NCBI GenBank assembly: GCA_021613535.1
Contig: CP075497.1
Location: forward strand, 5,580,001-5,644,000
Direction of reading: 5' to 3'
Length of the DNA: 64,000 nt
Source of the DNA: Adineta vaga
Lineage: Eukaryota > Animalia > Rotifera
Shown here: piece after piece, positions 1 through 13,700 of the stretch
Numbering within the stretch: position 1 is the first letter of the stretch
Layout: each line of letters starts with the position of its first letter
The notes under the pieces: model-generated
Told to the model about the DNA's origin: nothing
What the model saw: only the letters and a program-made list of their open reading frames with translations
Database searches by the model: none
Program-made: the position numbers and the translations under genes

Positions 1-1820
1 TCCGAATAGATCTTCAATTGATGTACCATCAGGTAGATTATCAAACATTAAATCACGAATGTTATCTAATGAAGATTGAATATGATCGACATCACCAGTG
101 ATATCATCGAGTGAGAAACTTAATTGCTCAGTTGGTTGAGGATGTGATGGATTTTGTTCACATTTATTAGAATAGTCGATTAATTCTTGTTTTAATGTTG
201 TTGGAATTTGAACTTGGTTGGATGCATTTGCTTGAGACTGAAAATAGAATAAAAGAATTAATATTAGAAAAGAATTTTTCATTGGAACAAACTAATAAAT
301 ATGTACATAGAAGGAATTTTTGTCTGAGAAAGTGAAAATTTATGTTAAATAAACGGTATATTTTATTTTGTTAATGAAATACATAACTGTATAGTTTTGA
401 AAGATGTATGACTATTACAATATTGCTAAGAAACACGCTGAATCATTAGTTACCGTTTTGGTTCCTGTTGGATTGACTCCATTGGCTTGTCCATTATTTG
501 GATTGACACCTGCTGAATTATCTGTTCTCAAATAAAAATCTGGTGCGAAGGTATTTCTTGCATTATTTCCATTGCCAACTGGTTGAAATGTTTGATTTTG
601 TGGAATATGATCTTTTTTTTCCGATGACCATCGATAGTCATTTCCTTGCTGCTGCTGCTGTTGTTGATGATAATGATCATCTGCAGTGTGTATTGATGGA
701 GGCGGAGATGGAACGAGATCTACCAATGGTGATGCATTCGTTGCATGATGCCATCCACTTGTATCATTATCTGTTAATTCATTGATTGTTACACTTTGTT
801 GACGACCAAGATTTGTTGGATGTGACACGTGCTGTTGTTGCTCTTGTTGATGAGTGTGTATTCTTTTATTTGGTTCTTCAGTATGCATAAGTGCAACATG
901 TTTTCGTTTGAGAGAAGCTGGTGATGTATCTTGATCACTAAAAACTAACGGAGAATTATTTCCATGATGTTGACCATGTGCTTGGTTTGGATGAGTTGAA
1001 TCTGTAGTAAGACCTTCCTTAGTTGATTGTTGTTCAACAGATTGTTCAGAATGATGAACAGAATTTGCCGATATAAATTGAAGGAGAAATTCCATTAGTT
1101 TTGAAACAATGTGTTGTTGTTTACCATGCTTTTGCCTTAAAGAACCAATTTCACCCCATAATGCTTGATTTTCACTTTGCATATAGGATAATTTATCATT
1201 CAAAGATGTTTGTTTTGCTTGTAAACTTCGAACATCATGTATTAAATGCGAAAATTCTAGTGAACGACCTGATTTCGAATCAAGATAATCAGCTGAAACA
1301 AGTGCAGACGATGCGTTAGGACCTACAGTTAGAATAAACGTATATATTTATTTATTTGTAAAAATAAATCAATCTGTTCAATACCTCCTTGCATATTAGA
1401 TTTTAGTTGAGGTTCTGGTGCCCGTCTTTTGATTGATTCTAAAAGTGATTCTTGTCCTCGAATAAAATTTGGATGTGCAAATTCAATATCATCTCGTTCA
1501 TTTTTTAATGATCCATGTTCAATATTGGAGATTTTACGAAAACCATACATATTTAATTGACGTATAAAAGATGCAAAATTATTATGTTTAAAATATCTTG
1601 GTAAAATTTCACGTGAAAATCTTGATTGATCATAAACATGAAATGAACCACCTGATGGATCCCATGCAATGAGATCATCACATGAAGAATCATTGACAAG
1701 TGCCCATAATTTTGCTAAAAATGCTGTGATTGTATTTTGTGCTGTTTGACCTGATGGATGATTATATTCGCCATGATTTCCATCGCCTGAATTGGATGAT
1801 GAAATATTATTTGAATCCAT
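1..1820 (-). CDS. HSF1: Heat shock transcription factor (3' end outside window); exons 1820-1385, 1322-454, 237-<1
   Basis: HSF DNA-binding domain (FLAKLWALV...[20 protein letters not shown]) in ORF 1329-1820. HR-A/B coiled coil ([28 protein letters not shown]) in ORF 415-1203. GT-AG introns join the exons. Confidence 0.95.
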
Positions 1821-1957
1821 ATCTGAAATTTAACGAAAAAAAATGAGCGTGTGAATTTCATAAATTTTGATTTTCGCGCCAAAAAAAAACATTCCAAGAC
1901 TATTCTCATTTAATCCATACACACATCAAGTATTGAACGTTTTACTGAATTATAATA

Positions 1958-2812
1958 ATGGAACTACTCATTCGCTTGTTTGTATGTTATTCGATTAGTA
2001 TACAATGTATTGTTAGTTATAAAGAACAAAACTGTTATATCTGTGAGAGCAATAGTTGTGATTATCCATCGAAAGGCGATGTCAAAGGCTGTTCTGATGC
2101 AGTTGAACCGAATAGTCAAGATAGAAGTGGAAAATTTTTTGTTAATGGTGCTTTAAATGGACTGAATTCTTCAACCATTTATACTGAACTCGCCACAAAT
2201 TTAACTGATTTTGGTACGAAGGTGCTCAATATAAATTCTGAAGATATGCCAAAATGGGATACTCTTACACGATGGGTAAATATGTAATGAATTTCTATGA
2301 TTTTACACAATGACTTTCTAGGTTTGTTATGTCTCGAAAGATAACCATCGTGGATGTATGGTTATGGCAAAAGGACTTTGTCCGGATGACAAGGGTTGGT
2401 TAGCAAAATTTGGTGATCTTGGAAGAAAAATAAGCAATATAGTTGCTAAAGCAAAAGATGCTGTAAAGAAAATGTTTGGAGATGTCAGTTCAACGAATTC
2501 TCTCACGACAGTAAAGAAAGGAGTAAGACTATGCAAACGTAGAACATCTCTAATCATGAGCACATGTATCATTTTAGAATATTAGTGATTGGTTTGCACA
2601 GAACTATATGAGTAGATTAGTAAATACTTCTACGGATCCAAGATTTCAACTTGATACATGCTGCGAAGGTAATTCAGTTAATAAGTTTTTATATTATGAA
2701 ATATTTCTCTTGATTTTTATTAGGGAATGCATGCAATAATTTTCCTTTTCCGAGACCAAACCCAATAAACATACTCATTTTAGTTTTATGTTCAGTTTTA
2801 CTTCTTGTCTAA
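1958..2812 (+). CDS. Secreted, probably GPI-anchored Ly6/uPAR (three-finger) protein with two large loop insertions; exons 1958-2275, 2322-2510, 2578-2668, 2724-2812
   Basis: Signal peptide. The spliced product has the 10-Cys LU pattern CYIC..C..C..C..RGC..C..CCEGNACN followed by a hydrophobic C-terminal tail (ILILVLCSVLLLV*). Confidence 0.8.
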
Positions 2813-4293
2813 ATCGGATGAAAAACGAAAAAAAGAAGCAAATTAGATGATTTCAAATATCGATTGAATGATTGATTTGTTTCGTGTTTTTCTTTTCTTT
2901 TCTTATTGAAAAATATCTAATATGTAGCGAAATGAATGAAAGAAAGAAATAAAAGAACTTACAGAAATCAGGATTTTCTTGTTTCATGAAAGACATAATG
3001 AAACTTGAGTACTTCGTTAACTTCGCGAACTTTGATCGAGAGCAAGTATTATATAACAATATATCACTAAAAGTAATTCAATTACATGACGATAGAATAT
3101 TCAAAAGAAGTAACATACATAATTGAAATCAGTATAAAGTAAGGATCAATGAAAAATATATGAACTTAATGACACTAAACAATATTCTGTATGTTATTAT
3201 ATCGATGAGAACTATTGAAAAATAAATAAATAACTATTTGATAAACGGTAAAAGAAGGTATTTATCGGATAACCAATCATTTTATTCGACGTAGACAAAA
3301 TGATGATCAAGGAATTTTGTTGATTAGTGACATCTAGCGACTATAATGACGTCTTAACTTAATCTTGAGATATTTCTGTATATACATTGTTCTTAAAACT
3401 TTCCGAGAAATATTTCTCCGCTTGATATTTTCATTAAGCGGAGATATTAACAAATGAACTTGAAAATGTTTATGTTAAAAGAATAACTTTCAATTTCTTT
3501 CTTATGTTAATTTCAATCAAATTGTATGTCTATCATCAATGTCTCATTGAACAGATTATTCTTTCTCGAAAATAAGATCAAAAGCTACGCAATGCAATGT
3601 CTATTCAATAAACTGAGCATAGAATTGTCTTTTTCATGTATCATTTAACCACCCGCTAACCATCAAACTTGGCGTCATTGCTCTATTTTCCCATCACTTG
3701 ATCTCAATGGTCACTTATTCTTTATCCATTAAAATATATAGACAGACAAAAAAAGAAGTTTAGAGATCAAAGAAATAGAAAAAACAATGTTTCTTTCATT
3801 CAAGGATAATGATATTTTTAATAAAAGAAAACTTATTTCGTTTTCTTGGAGAGAAAAAACACGCACGTGTAGGCAATTGAATTGTTTCAATAAAGTCATG
3901 CAATTGCTTGACAACAACGATTATGAACACGCGTCAATATCGATGGTGGGAAAAGAAAAAATGTTCGTTTTGTTGGAATTATCGCTGTTTGCTATCTCTC
4001 ATCGTTGATGAATCTGATTATAGTGGTCGAAAAGAAGAGAAAGAGAAAAAAAACTATCGACACAGCTGACCAATATAAGAGAGAAAGGAAGAGAAAGATT
4101 TGATCGCATTTTATTCTTCCTTCCTCTCTTCTCTTCGCCTTCAAATCGAATATATATATATACACACACAAATATCGTGGAGGAAGAAAAAGAAAAGGCG
4201 AATGACCTCTCTCATATTCATTTCAATGCCAATCTATCACCATTAACACAAGCTTATATTTTACATCTGGATTTCTACTATTCGTAATGTTGT

Positions 4294-4614
4294 ATGACGA
4301 CAAATTCGACCTATGATTTTCATCGTTTAATGTATCTTCTCGATACAAATAATCTTGATGATGCACGACTTTTCCTCAAACGACAATCAATAATTATGCT
4401 CAATAATCTTTTTGATAAACTTGATACGGATGATAATCCATTATTACATCGTTATGTTCTTCGAAATCAAGCTGATGTTGTACATTTATTATTAGAATAT
4501 GGTGCATCAGTCTATTCAGTAAATAAATATGGATGGTTACCTATACATTTAGCTGCTTATTGTGGACATGATAAAACTATTCTACAATATCTATTAGAAT
4601 TTGAAAAAAGGTAA
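4294..4614 (+). CDS. NRARP: Small ankyrin-repeat protein, Notch-regulated ankyrin repeat protein (NRARP)-like
   Basis: 106 aa with two clear ankyrin repeats. GWLPIHLAAYCGHDKTILQYL resembles the NRARP C-terminal repeat as recalled (GWSALHIAAFGGHQDIVLYL), and the size is similar. Confidence 0.7.
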   Translation: MTTNSTYDFHRLMYLLDTNNLDDARLFLKRQSIIMLNNLFDKLDTDDNPLLHRYVLRNQADVVHLLLEYGASVYSVNKYGWLPIHLAAYCGHDKTILQYLLEFEKR

Positions 4615-5089
4615 CTAAATGTATTTGTTTGATTTGTTTTTCTATGTTCTTTAATAAACTATTTGAATTGATTGATAATTGCATTCAAATGTCTCGATAT
4701 GAACGAAAGGTGAAGAAATCGTTGATGATAAACAGTTGACAGCTATGTGAACAAGAAGCAGAGATGGAAAAAATTGAGTATTATTACACCTTGTCAATCG
4801 GTTTAATGAGAGTGTGGAAATAGATAGCTGAATAGAAGAAAAGGTGTGAAAGAATTTACATTTCATTCGACAGATTTTATAGAAAATATTTTAAGTATAT
4901 GAACGAAACTGCAATTGTGTACATCGATTGAATCGAATTTCTTATCATTAGATAAAATCGATTCTTTGTTTTTGTATATATTTTATTTCTATGAAATATA
5001 GAAAAAAAAGAAAACAACGTGCATGAATAGATAATCAACTTTCTAGCTTGGAAAAACAAATCAGTCCGTATTGATATGATCGATCTCAT

Positions 5090-7243
5090 TTACAAATCAA
5101 TATGTAGAAGTTTTGTTGATGGTAATGAAAAGCGACAAACAATTGATCTGGGAATAACTTTATCCCAAATACTATCCTAAAAAAGACAAAATAACAAAAT
5201 TTTCCTTCAATCTATATTCAATATTTCATAGTTTTACAGTTGCTGGACATGATTTTCTTGCATAAGCTTCCATAAAATAGAAACATGATTGAAGACCAAC
5301 ACCAATCAAAAGAAATGCCCAAAGCATAATATTATACATCACACCTTTATTTCTTGGAAGAAAGACGAGAAATAACACTAGAAGAAAAAGGGGATTGTAG
5401 ATATTTGCTAATTGAACGAATAACTTACTTCCAACTACACCAAATAATAAGAACATTACTGGATAAAAGAATCCAAGTGCAAACATCATCACATATTCAT
5501 GAAATGTAGCTGATAGAAGTACGACACATATAGCTGGAATAATACGATTCTTTCGTCCAGTAAGCTAAAATGAATATAACATTGTTAAGAAATGAAAAAA
5601 TCTCATTCTATTAGTAGATCTTACCACATAAACTTCCTTATAAACATATGTATATAACCAATCATGGACAACTACGTTCCATGTTCGATAATAAGCAGCA
5701 AATGATGTGGAATTCCACCAGTCCTATAGAAATTTCGTTGAAAAACTTCTCTCTCTCTCTCTCGCATTCTTACTTTATAAAACATTCGATCAGCAAATCG
5801 AAGCATTTCTGCAAATGCATTCAGCCAACAATGTAAAAATCCATAAAAACCTATAAAAATCTTTTCAAGACAATAAAATGATCGTTCAATCATTTACCTA
5901 GTAATAGAAATAGACTTCCAGGCATAATTGAATTGAATAGAACTGTTATAAATATTGGCAATGTAATTTCATTTTGATTTAAATTCTCAAACGTTGGTAC
6001 GCAAAATCGTACGACAACATAATAAACATAAATAACTGATGCTATAACTTGTCCAAACATTTGTAAAACAAAATCCCAATGTACAACTGCATTACGAGGA
6101 TACTTATCCGAATAGATTAATGTTGGAGCAAATAAAAAGTATAAATATTTCGAAAAATCTGGTGCAGTTAATTTTTCTAATTCAGTATTCTCTGTTGGAT
6201 TCGTTTCTAAATAAGAAAGAAGAACAAATCTTTGAGGATGTGTGTGTGTGTGTTTTAATAGAGAACAAACCCATGATTAAACGGCATTGTAAACGAATTT
6301 TTTCAACATTTTCACGAACAAATGAGTATGTTTTCATCAATTGACGAAGCTATAGATAAAATAGTAATCGATTTTCTTTCATGATGTCGACTTACTTGTT
6401 CAAGTAAAACAATTAGAGATGAAGCAACTGGTAATTGATGTTGAACGATTTCACGACAGGGAAGAATAAGAAATAGAACGATATATGTGATATAGATGAT
6501 TAACCATACGATATCGTAAATTTCTAAAAGATTTGTTCTAATTTATACTACAATTGACAATTCAACATCTTACTTAAATCTTTCGGATTTGATAAATATG
6601 AAACTCTATTATTTGCCCAATGATAGAATCCCATAAAAACCAAGACTGACGTACATAATTGCATGATAAGCCAAATAAATAATGCAATATGCAAATTAGC
6701 AAAGCATTGAAAGATCAATTCAAAATGTAACTTTAACCTTCCATATTCGACAAGATCATTGATTGCTACTTGCATTACAAAAATCATCAAAACTGCTATG
6801 AAAACATTTCGTAAACTTCGAATATGTGATGTATGAAATAAATCTGTTAGAAGAGAATTTCGTGCAATAAAAACACGTGTTTCATGGATTTGACGATTTG
6901 ATGATCTGAAAAATCATATCGTTTGAACAGAGTATTGAATGAATTGAGAAGATTACAAACTTTGGTTGTGATGTTTCAATGTCGAATATTTTCGGTTGGC
7001 GTAATTCGACATCATTTTTAAATGATAAGAATTGATTATTAACTTCATTTTCAATTCGATGTAGTTCACCGAGAAGCGTCGCACGTATTTTCTAAGAAAA
7101 ATATTCAATCAAAATAAAAGATTTTGAACATTGTGAAACTTACTTCGGCTTCATCTTGAACCCATTGTGTATTCCCATTTGTCGCTAAGATTATATTCAA
7201 ATAATTTAAAAATTCAAGATCAACATCTCTTACTTGTTTCCAT
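5090..7243 (-). CDS. SOAT1: Sterol O-acyltransferase (ACAT, MBOAT family), multi-exon
   Basis: Motifs [47 protein letters not shown]|[16 protein letters not shown] and catalytic HEY, spread over GT-AG-separated exons. ATG at 7243, stop at 5090-5092. Confidence 0.93.
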
Positions 7244-7501
7244 TTTCGTTCGTTTCGTTTCGTTTGGGATAATATATCTACAAATTCTGATTGCTTATTT
7301 AACACAACCAATAAAATGAAAAAGATTATTCAATTGAAATTTTTAAATTTTCGTTAAATTTAAAAAAAAACTTAATTTAAAAATTCTTTTGTTTTTCTTT
7401 TGTGAAATTCATTTCGAAAAAGTTCATCACACAAATCAATTCACTGGTCTTTGTTTCATATTTTGGTTCAGAATGAAAAAATCGAATCGTTCATTACATT
7501 C

Positions 7502-10358
7502 ATGGCATCAGCAACAATCAAACCGAAAAAACAATCTTTTCATGCAACAAATGTCGTAAGATAATTTTCACATATTCCGTTCCAATTGAAATTCTTTTTG
7601 TTTCTCATCTTCTTCAGTGGAATGAACTTGTCGCAAGTTTTCGTTCGAAAATTGAATTACGAAAATATCGTCGAAATTATTTTACACAAACCTATGAACA
7701 ATGTTTTACATCAGCCGATGCAATTAATTGTTTGATCAATATTCTTAAAGTACATCCACATTTTGAAACAAAACAAATTGAAAAGTTTGTTGTATTACTG
7801 AAAATCTAAATATATGCAGAACATTTGTTTACAATAGACATCATGCAATTCGACTGTTGGAGAAATTTTATGAATCAAAAGTGTTTACGGATGTGATTAA
7901 AACTGAACGAAAGAAAGCGTTCGTTGCTGAAAATGGAATTTATCAGTATGTTTGAATACGATACTTTGATGTTGTCATTGTTTGTGAGAAAGAGATACTC
8001 TATCTTTTGTATAATTGTTAGAGAACATGTGATAATAATCAGTAATGACTAGTTGAAGCAAGTGATTGTGATTTTCGTCAGATACGTATAATTGATGATG
8101 AACTACATGGTAAAATGATGTTATGTGATAAATTTATCGTTTACAGGCTTTGACACTGACAAAAGAGAACATGAATATTGGACTAAAGTTTATATTTATC
8201 AAAGCTAACATCATACACTGTTTGATAAGAATAAAACAAAGGTGATATGAGAACGTTCTTTCCTGCATGAAATCATATCGAAGTGCGAAAAGTGTTTTCT
8301 TTCTTTTTTCTTAAATATTAATTGTATGAGTAAAACGATAGTTACACAATTATTTAATTTATCTTGTAAATTTTAATTAGACTTTTGTCAAAAGAAAATG
8401 AAAATATATTTCAATCGATGGTTTACACAAATAAACCAACTGAACAACAAGTTCATTCATCACAAGAATCTTCGACATCCACAATAAGTGATGTAAGTTT
8501 TGTTTTTCCCTTCTATTTTCGATGATTATTTGATTTGATTTTAGTGTTGGAAACAATATTTTCTTGAACGTCTTGAAAAATATCTATTAAAAACAAGAAA
8601 TCGTCATGGTGGTTATCTTCTTCATCAAATTGAACAAGAAATGAAATTAGTTGATGGTTCTCAAATCGTTTCAAATTTACATCATACAACACCTGGAGAT
8701 CCATTAACGATTGCAGGTTAATTCATTTGTTTCAATAAAAGTGATATGCATGATTAAGTTCATTTTCAGGCCAATTAGTAGATTGGTTACCAGAATCAAT
8801 ATTGATTGTTATGGATTGTAAGAATTATTTGAATTAAATAAGAAATTGTTATGAATCTATTTGATTAAATAGATCCTACTAGTCTCGATGGTCGTAATTT
8901 ACCTGATTATCCGTCATTTATTTTTGATTTATTTGAAATGGTCATTGATACGTTTGAAATGCAAAGACAATACTTATCATCTTCCATGACCATTATTAAT
9001 TTGATTCTTCAACTTATTGCGAACAAAGGTAAACAAAAGAAAAATCATTTCTAATTATTCATTCGTAATTTTCAAAGAGGAATAGTTTGATTGAAATTGA
9101 TCAGAATGTGTTTCGATCGTATTGAATGTTTTTATTCTTCAGGAAATCCAATGTCCATGGAAGCTCTCTATGACCGTGATGAAAGCCGATCAGTTAATTG
9201 TTTTCCAGGTGAAATCTATGCAAATCGATCAGGAAATAATCCTTATCAAAGTTTAAAATATCGTACATGTCAACCAAAACAATCCTCCCATGTGCATCAT
9301 GTTGAACCATATGATTACAAGAAAATACCATCATTAGATGATGATAAATCATACGGTTTAACAAATCTTCGTCGAAAATCCTTAAGTTCATGTGATCTTT
9401 TTCATGTCACATCAAAAACATTAACATCACCATTTGATGAAATTCAAAATTGGCTTAACAATAAACGTAAATACGAGAAAATCAAATGATTTGATCATGA
9501 AAAATAATGCCGAATGTTTAGATACAACAACAAGCAATCAAGAAAAATTGAGTAGTGACGAATTTGAATTGATTCAACTTGCACTACTTCATTTAACTTC
9601 ATCAAATCGACAATTTATGTATGTTATTCTTTATTTTGTAACAAGATGTATTCGAAATAATCAGTTTTGTTCCAATGATACAACTAAATCACGAGTAAAT
9701 TAACAGAATGATAATAACAAAATCATTTTCTTTGATTCATTCATAGATTTATCGTAGTTTTGCAAAATTAGTTACAATTAATTACAATGAAAATACTTGT
9801 TTCAACAATCTTTTTGATTGCTTTATAGAATATTATGGGAAATTATTTGATGTTTCAGTGGATACAAGAAAAATTGTATCAAGAAGATTAACAAAATCGA
9901 AAAAAGAAAATAAAGTAATTTCAAGTTCCTTTGAGAAATATTTTGTCTCATAAGTTTCGTGCTCTTTTCTAGCCTATCAATTTGATATCATCAAATAAAA
10001 AACCTTGCGATGATCGACAATTTCGTCAAACTTTTAAACAAGTACATTTCTTTTTTCATATTTTTCTTTTTGCTTATCATTCAAACATTTGTTTTAGCTC
10101 CGAGTTAGTCGTCCATTAACATACAATGAAAATCTTGATAATGATCTTCGACCATTGACATCAACAATTGTTGTCCGCAAACCATTTTTACCATCACCCA
10201 CAGATCACTCGAATGAAAAAACTTGTTTAACAGCATCAACAAATTCTCCACGACGTCGTGCACGAAGTTTCGAACCACGTGCACATGCAACAACATTATT
10301 TGATAAAACAATCAATCCGTTTCAAAAATTACGTGTTATACTTAAACGAAACGATTAA
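7502..10358 (+). CDS. DEPDC1: DEP domain-containing protein 1-like (N-terminal DEP domain, probable degenerate RhoGAP-like region), multi-exon
   Basis: Spliced N-terminus FHATNV|WNELVASFRSKIELRKYRR...QCFTSADAINCL matches the DEPDC1/LET-99 family N-terminus (FRATKLWNEV..SFR). Last exon ends with ORF 10155-10358. Internal exons were only partly traced. Confidence 0.78.
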
Positions 10359-10784
10359 AAATGATTTTGAAATACCTATATTTCCTTTTTCTCTTGTATA
10401 TGAAATGTTGTAAATAAAATAAAAACAATATTATGATCAATCATGAAGTTTTTCTTCAAACTAATCTATCTATGTTTCTAAACAAAGAATAATATCTATA
10501 TAGACAGAGCGATACTATGACTAATCACTCCTTACATACATAGGAAGTAGAATGCAATGCAATGATAAACTTTCTGTTCCATTCAACAATTGCTTGTGAA
10601 ATACATTTCTTAATCCCTCTATCGAAACAAAATCATCAAGAGCATATATCATTGATAATAGAATTAGACCAATGAAAATTTCCGTGAAATATCATTGGTT
10701 CATATTCTTAACTTGACATAACATTATTGTTTTGTTTTTTTTGTTTTTCTTCCTTTCATTCTGTTGAAAATTTCGTAGTGAATA

Positions 10785-13700
10785 ATGGCTCGAGCAACTC
10801 GAAGATCACGTTTTGGGTTACCAGATGTGTTTTTGCAAGAGCCAAAACAACGAGAGGTAAGAATTTGAATCGAAATTCATATTCAAAGAAATCAAATTTA
10901 TTTATTTTGTCTTTATTTAGGATGAATTAACGGCTGAAACGGTGAAAAATGGTTTTACATTCAAACCTGTGGATGGACCTATGGAAGTAAATAAAAAACT
11001 AAACTTATTTTTGCGATTCATGATCCTTTTCTGTTTAGCATGAAGGTTTCAAAGGTCAAGACTTTTTTAAGAATGCCGATGAAGGCATTCTGGAGTTTTT
11101 TCGAATTATTTTACTCAAGAAAGAAGAAAATCATACAATGAATGATAGTACAAAACGAAAACCACCAACAATAAATAAATCTCATTTTTGGCCATTAATG
11201 GTTTGAATAGAAAAAAAATCTATTAATGTTGCATGAGTTGTTTTTTATTTTATTAGGGACCACGAACAGCAAAATCTTTTGAACAGTGGCTATCATTGTT
11301 AGCATCAACAGAATCTCTTGGAAAACTAGGCAAACAAGTATGAAGATGACCCGTAAAAGGAGTGGTTTGTTTTTGAATGATTTCATTTTCTTTAGGTACC
11401 CATTATTCTTAAAAAAGAAGATGTTTTTCAACATTTATATGAACATAATGTTTCACTTGTACGCGCATGTTGGTATATAAAAATGTTAGCATTATATCAT
11501 AGTGCAAATAGTGATTCCAAACAGAAAAAAAGACATGTAGCAACTGATCCTTGTACAGAATGGACAAAGATTACAACAGAACTTTTAAGAGTACGAATAT
11601 TCGTTGGAAAGAAAAAAGATAAATAATCTTCTTTTTCTTTTAGGAAGTATTCGATCGTTTAATCAAAGAAAATGTTCAAAGTCAACGTGCTACCCCTATT
11701 CCTGAAATGTCAACTGGTCATTTACCAGAATTAACGAATGATCAGCATGCTCTTTCATTAAATTCGGGTTCAATGACTCCTCAATATACACCATCAACTC
11801 CACAAACGCATCATGCATCACCATCAACAAATCTTCCTTCTGATAAAACACGTCGACAATGGGATTATTATAATCGTTTATTACGAATTTTATTCGATCA
11901 AGGTTTACTTGATCGTCAAACAGTTGTCGAATGGATTGTCGACACGTTCATCGATCGTATTAAACATAATGATGATATCAATCTTCGTTATGTCATTCCA
12001 CTTGTATTTCAATTTAGTAATGAAATTCTTGAATATGAAATCTTTTCACGTAAAATCTCATATTATTGCTGTAAACGTCTTGGTCAATATCATACGGATA
12101 TAACTCAACCTGTTAATTTCAATAATCTAATATCCTGTCCACAACATCGTGTTATTATCTATTCACTTTCGGCCATTATTCAATGTATTACATTACGTTG
12201 TCCAGCAGCACTTCTTTATAATAATCCAATAGATGATCAACAAAAGGCCGATACACTCTTATTAAATTGTGGTTCACCTTTAGATTTTCTTCCATGCTCA
12301 CCATCACAACTTCCATTACCCATTGGTATTGATCAACAATTAATAAAAGAAATGTTAAATCAATCCGAAGAAGAAATTCGTTCTCGAAGTTTAGCTATTG
12401 AACATAAATGGTCAACGGAAAAATTACAACAAAGTATATCTGGTCAAACAATCTCACGTGTACTTGCTGTATTGGAAATTCTCGATGAATTTAAAGAAGA
12501 AAAATATCTGTTAGATAATGTTTATAATAAAATCTATCCAAACACATATAAAATGGAACCATTAGCAGCTGAAATTGAAATTGAAGTCATTCATTTAATG
12601 TGTGATTGGGCAATAACAGCACGACGACATGGTGTCTATCGAGCATTTTTTATTGCACGTTTACTTGAACGACGACAAAATGATTTGAAAACAATTCGTT
12701 TACAAGAAATCAATGAACCAACGGACGAGAAAGATTCGAACTTACCATCAACTATTCAAATTAATCCATTTCAAACAGCTCTATCAGAATATGTTCTAAA
12801 AAAAGCTCCCTTTGTTGATGATACATCAATAAATGATTTAGATCTATCAACATCATTTGCATCATTAGTTATGCTTTTCTCCGAATTTATACGTTTAAAT
12901 ATATTTTCACCGATGCAATTTATGTGTAATCTTGTTGCTCATGGTCTTATACCAATTACCAATGATAATCATGAAAATATAAACAATTCTCAAATGAATC
13001 CCACTCCAAATATGTACAAACCACATCTTTATAATACAATGATTCGACATGATACATTAAATATGGATTCAAGTTTTGATCGACGACAAACAAATGCATT
13101 TATTGATCTTGATCCATTAGAATCAATGAATGCATCTCCATCAACAACACCAAAAACTCATCTACGTCAAACATCAAGAATTGATTTAAATAGAAATTCT
13201 CATCAGACAAATGAAGATTCAAATAATCAACAACAAAATCGAAAACGTTCTTTATTTTATCTTCAACAATTTCCATATCCATTAGAAGATGATTTTCGAG
13301 ATGATTTTAATCAAAGAAAAATCATTCTCTTTGGAATTACACCTAAACGGTATGAATTATTTTCTTCGAATAAATTTCATTTTTTTTCTTCTTTATTTAT
13401 CTTTTAGTGATGAAGCTAAACGTCAATTAAAAACAAATGTTCGTTTATTAAGTTCTCTATTTAAATTACGAAATTGTCTGGAAACAACAAGTGAAAGTCC
13501 ACCATTTACTCGTCCAATTCCATTTGCATCCTATCTAAAAATTCGTAAATCAATCCTATCTTTGTCCTATCATGATCAATATTACGTTACTAATCGTGTT
13601 AGTAAATTATTAGTGGAACGTTTAACAAATTTTATTGAACGTCGTACAAGTCGTTTACCATGGTTAGATGATGTGGCTTTCCTATTTGAATTAATGGAAA

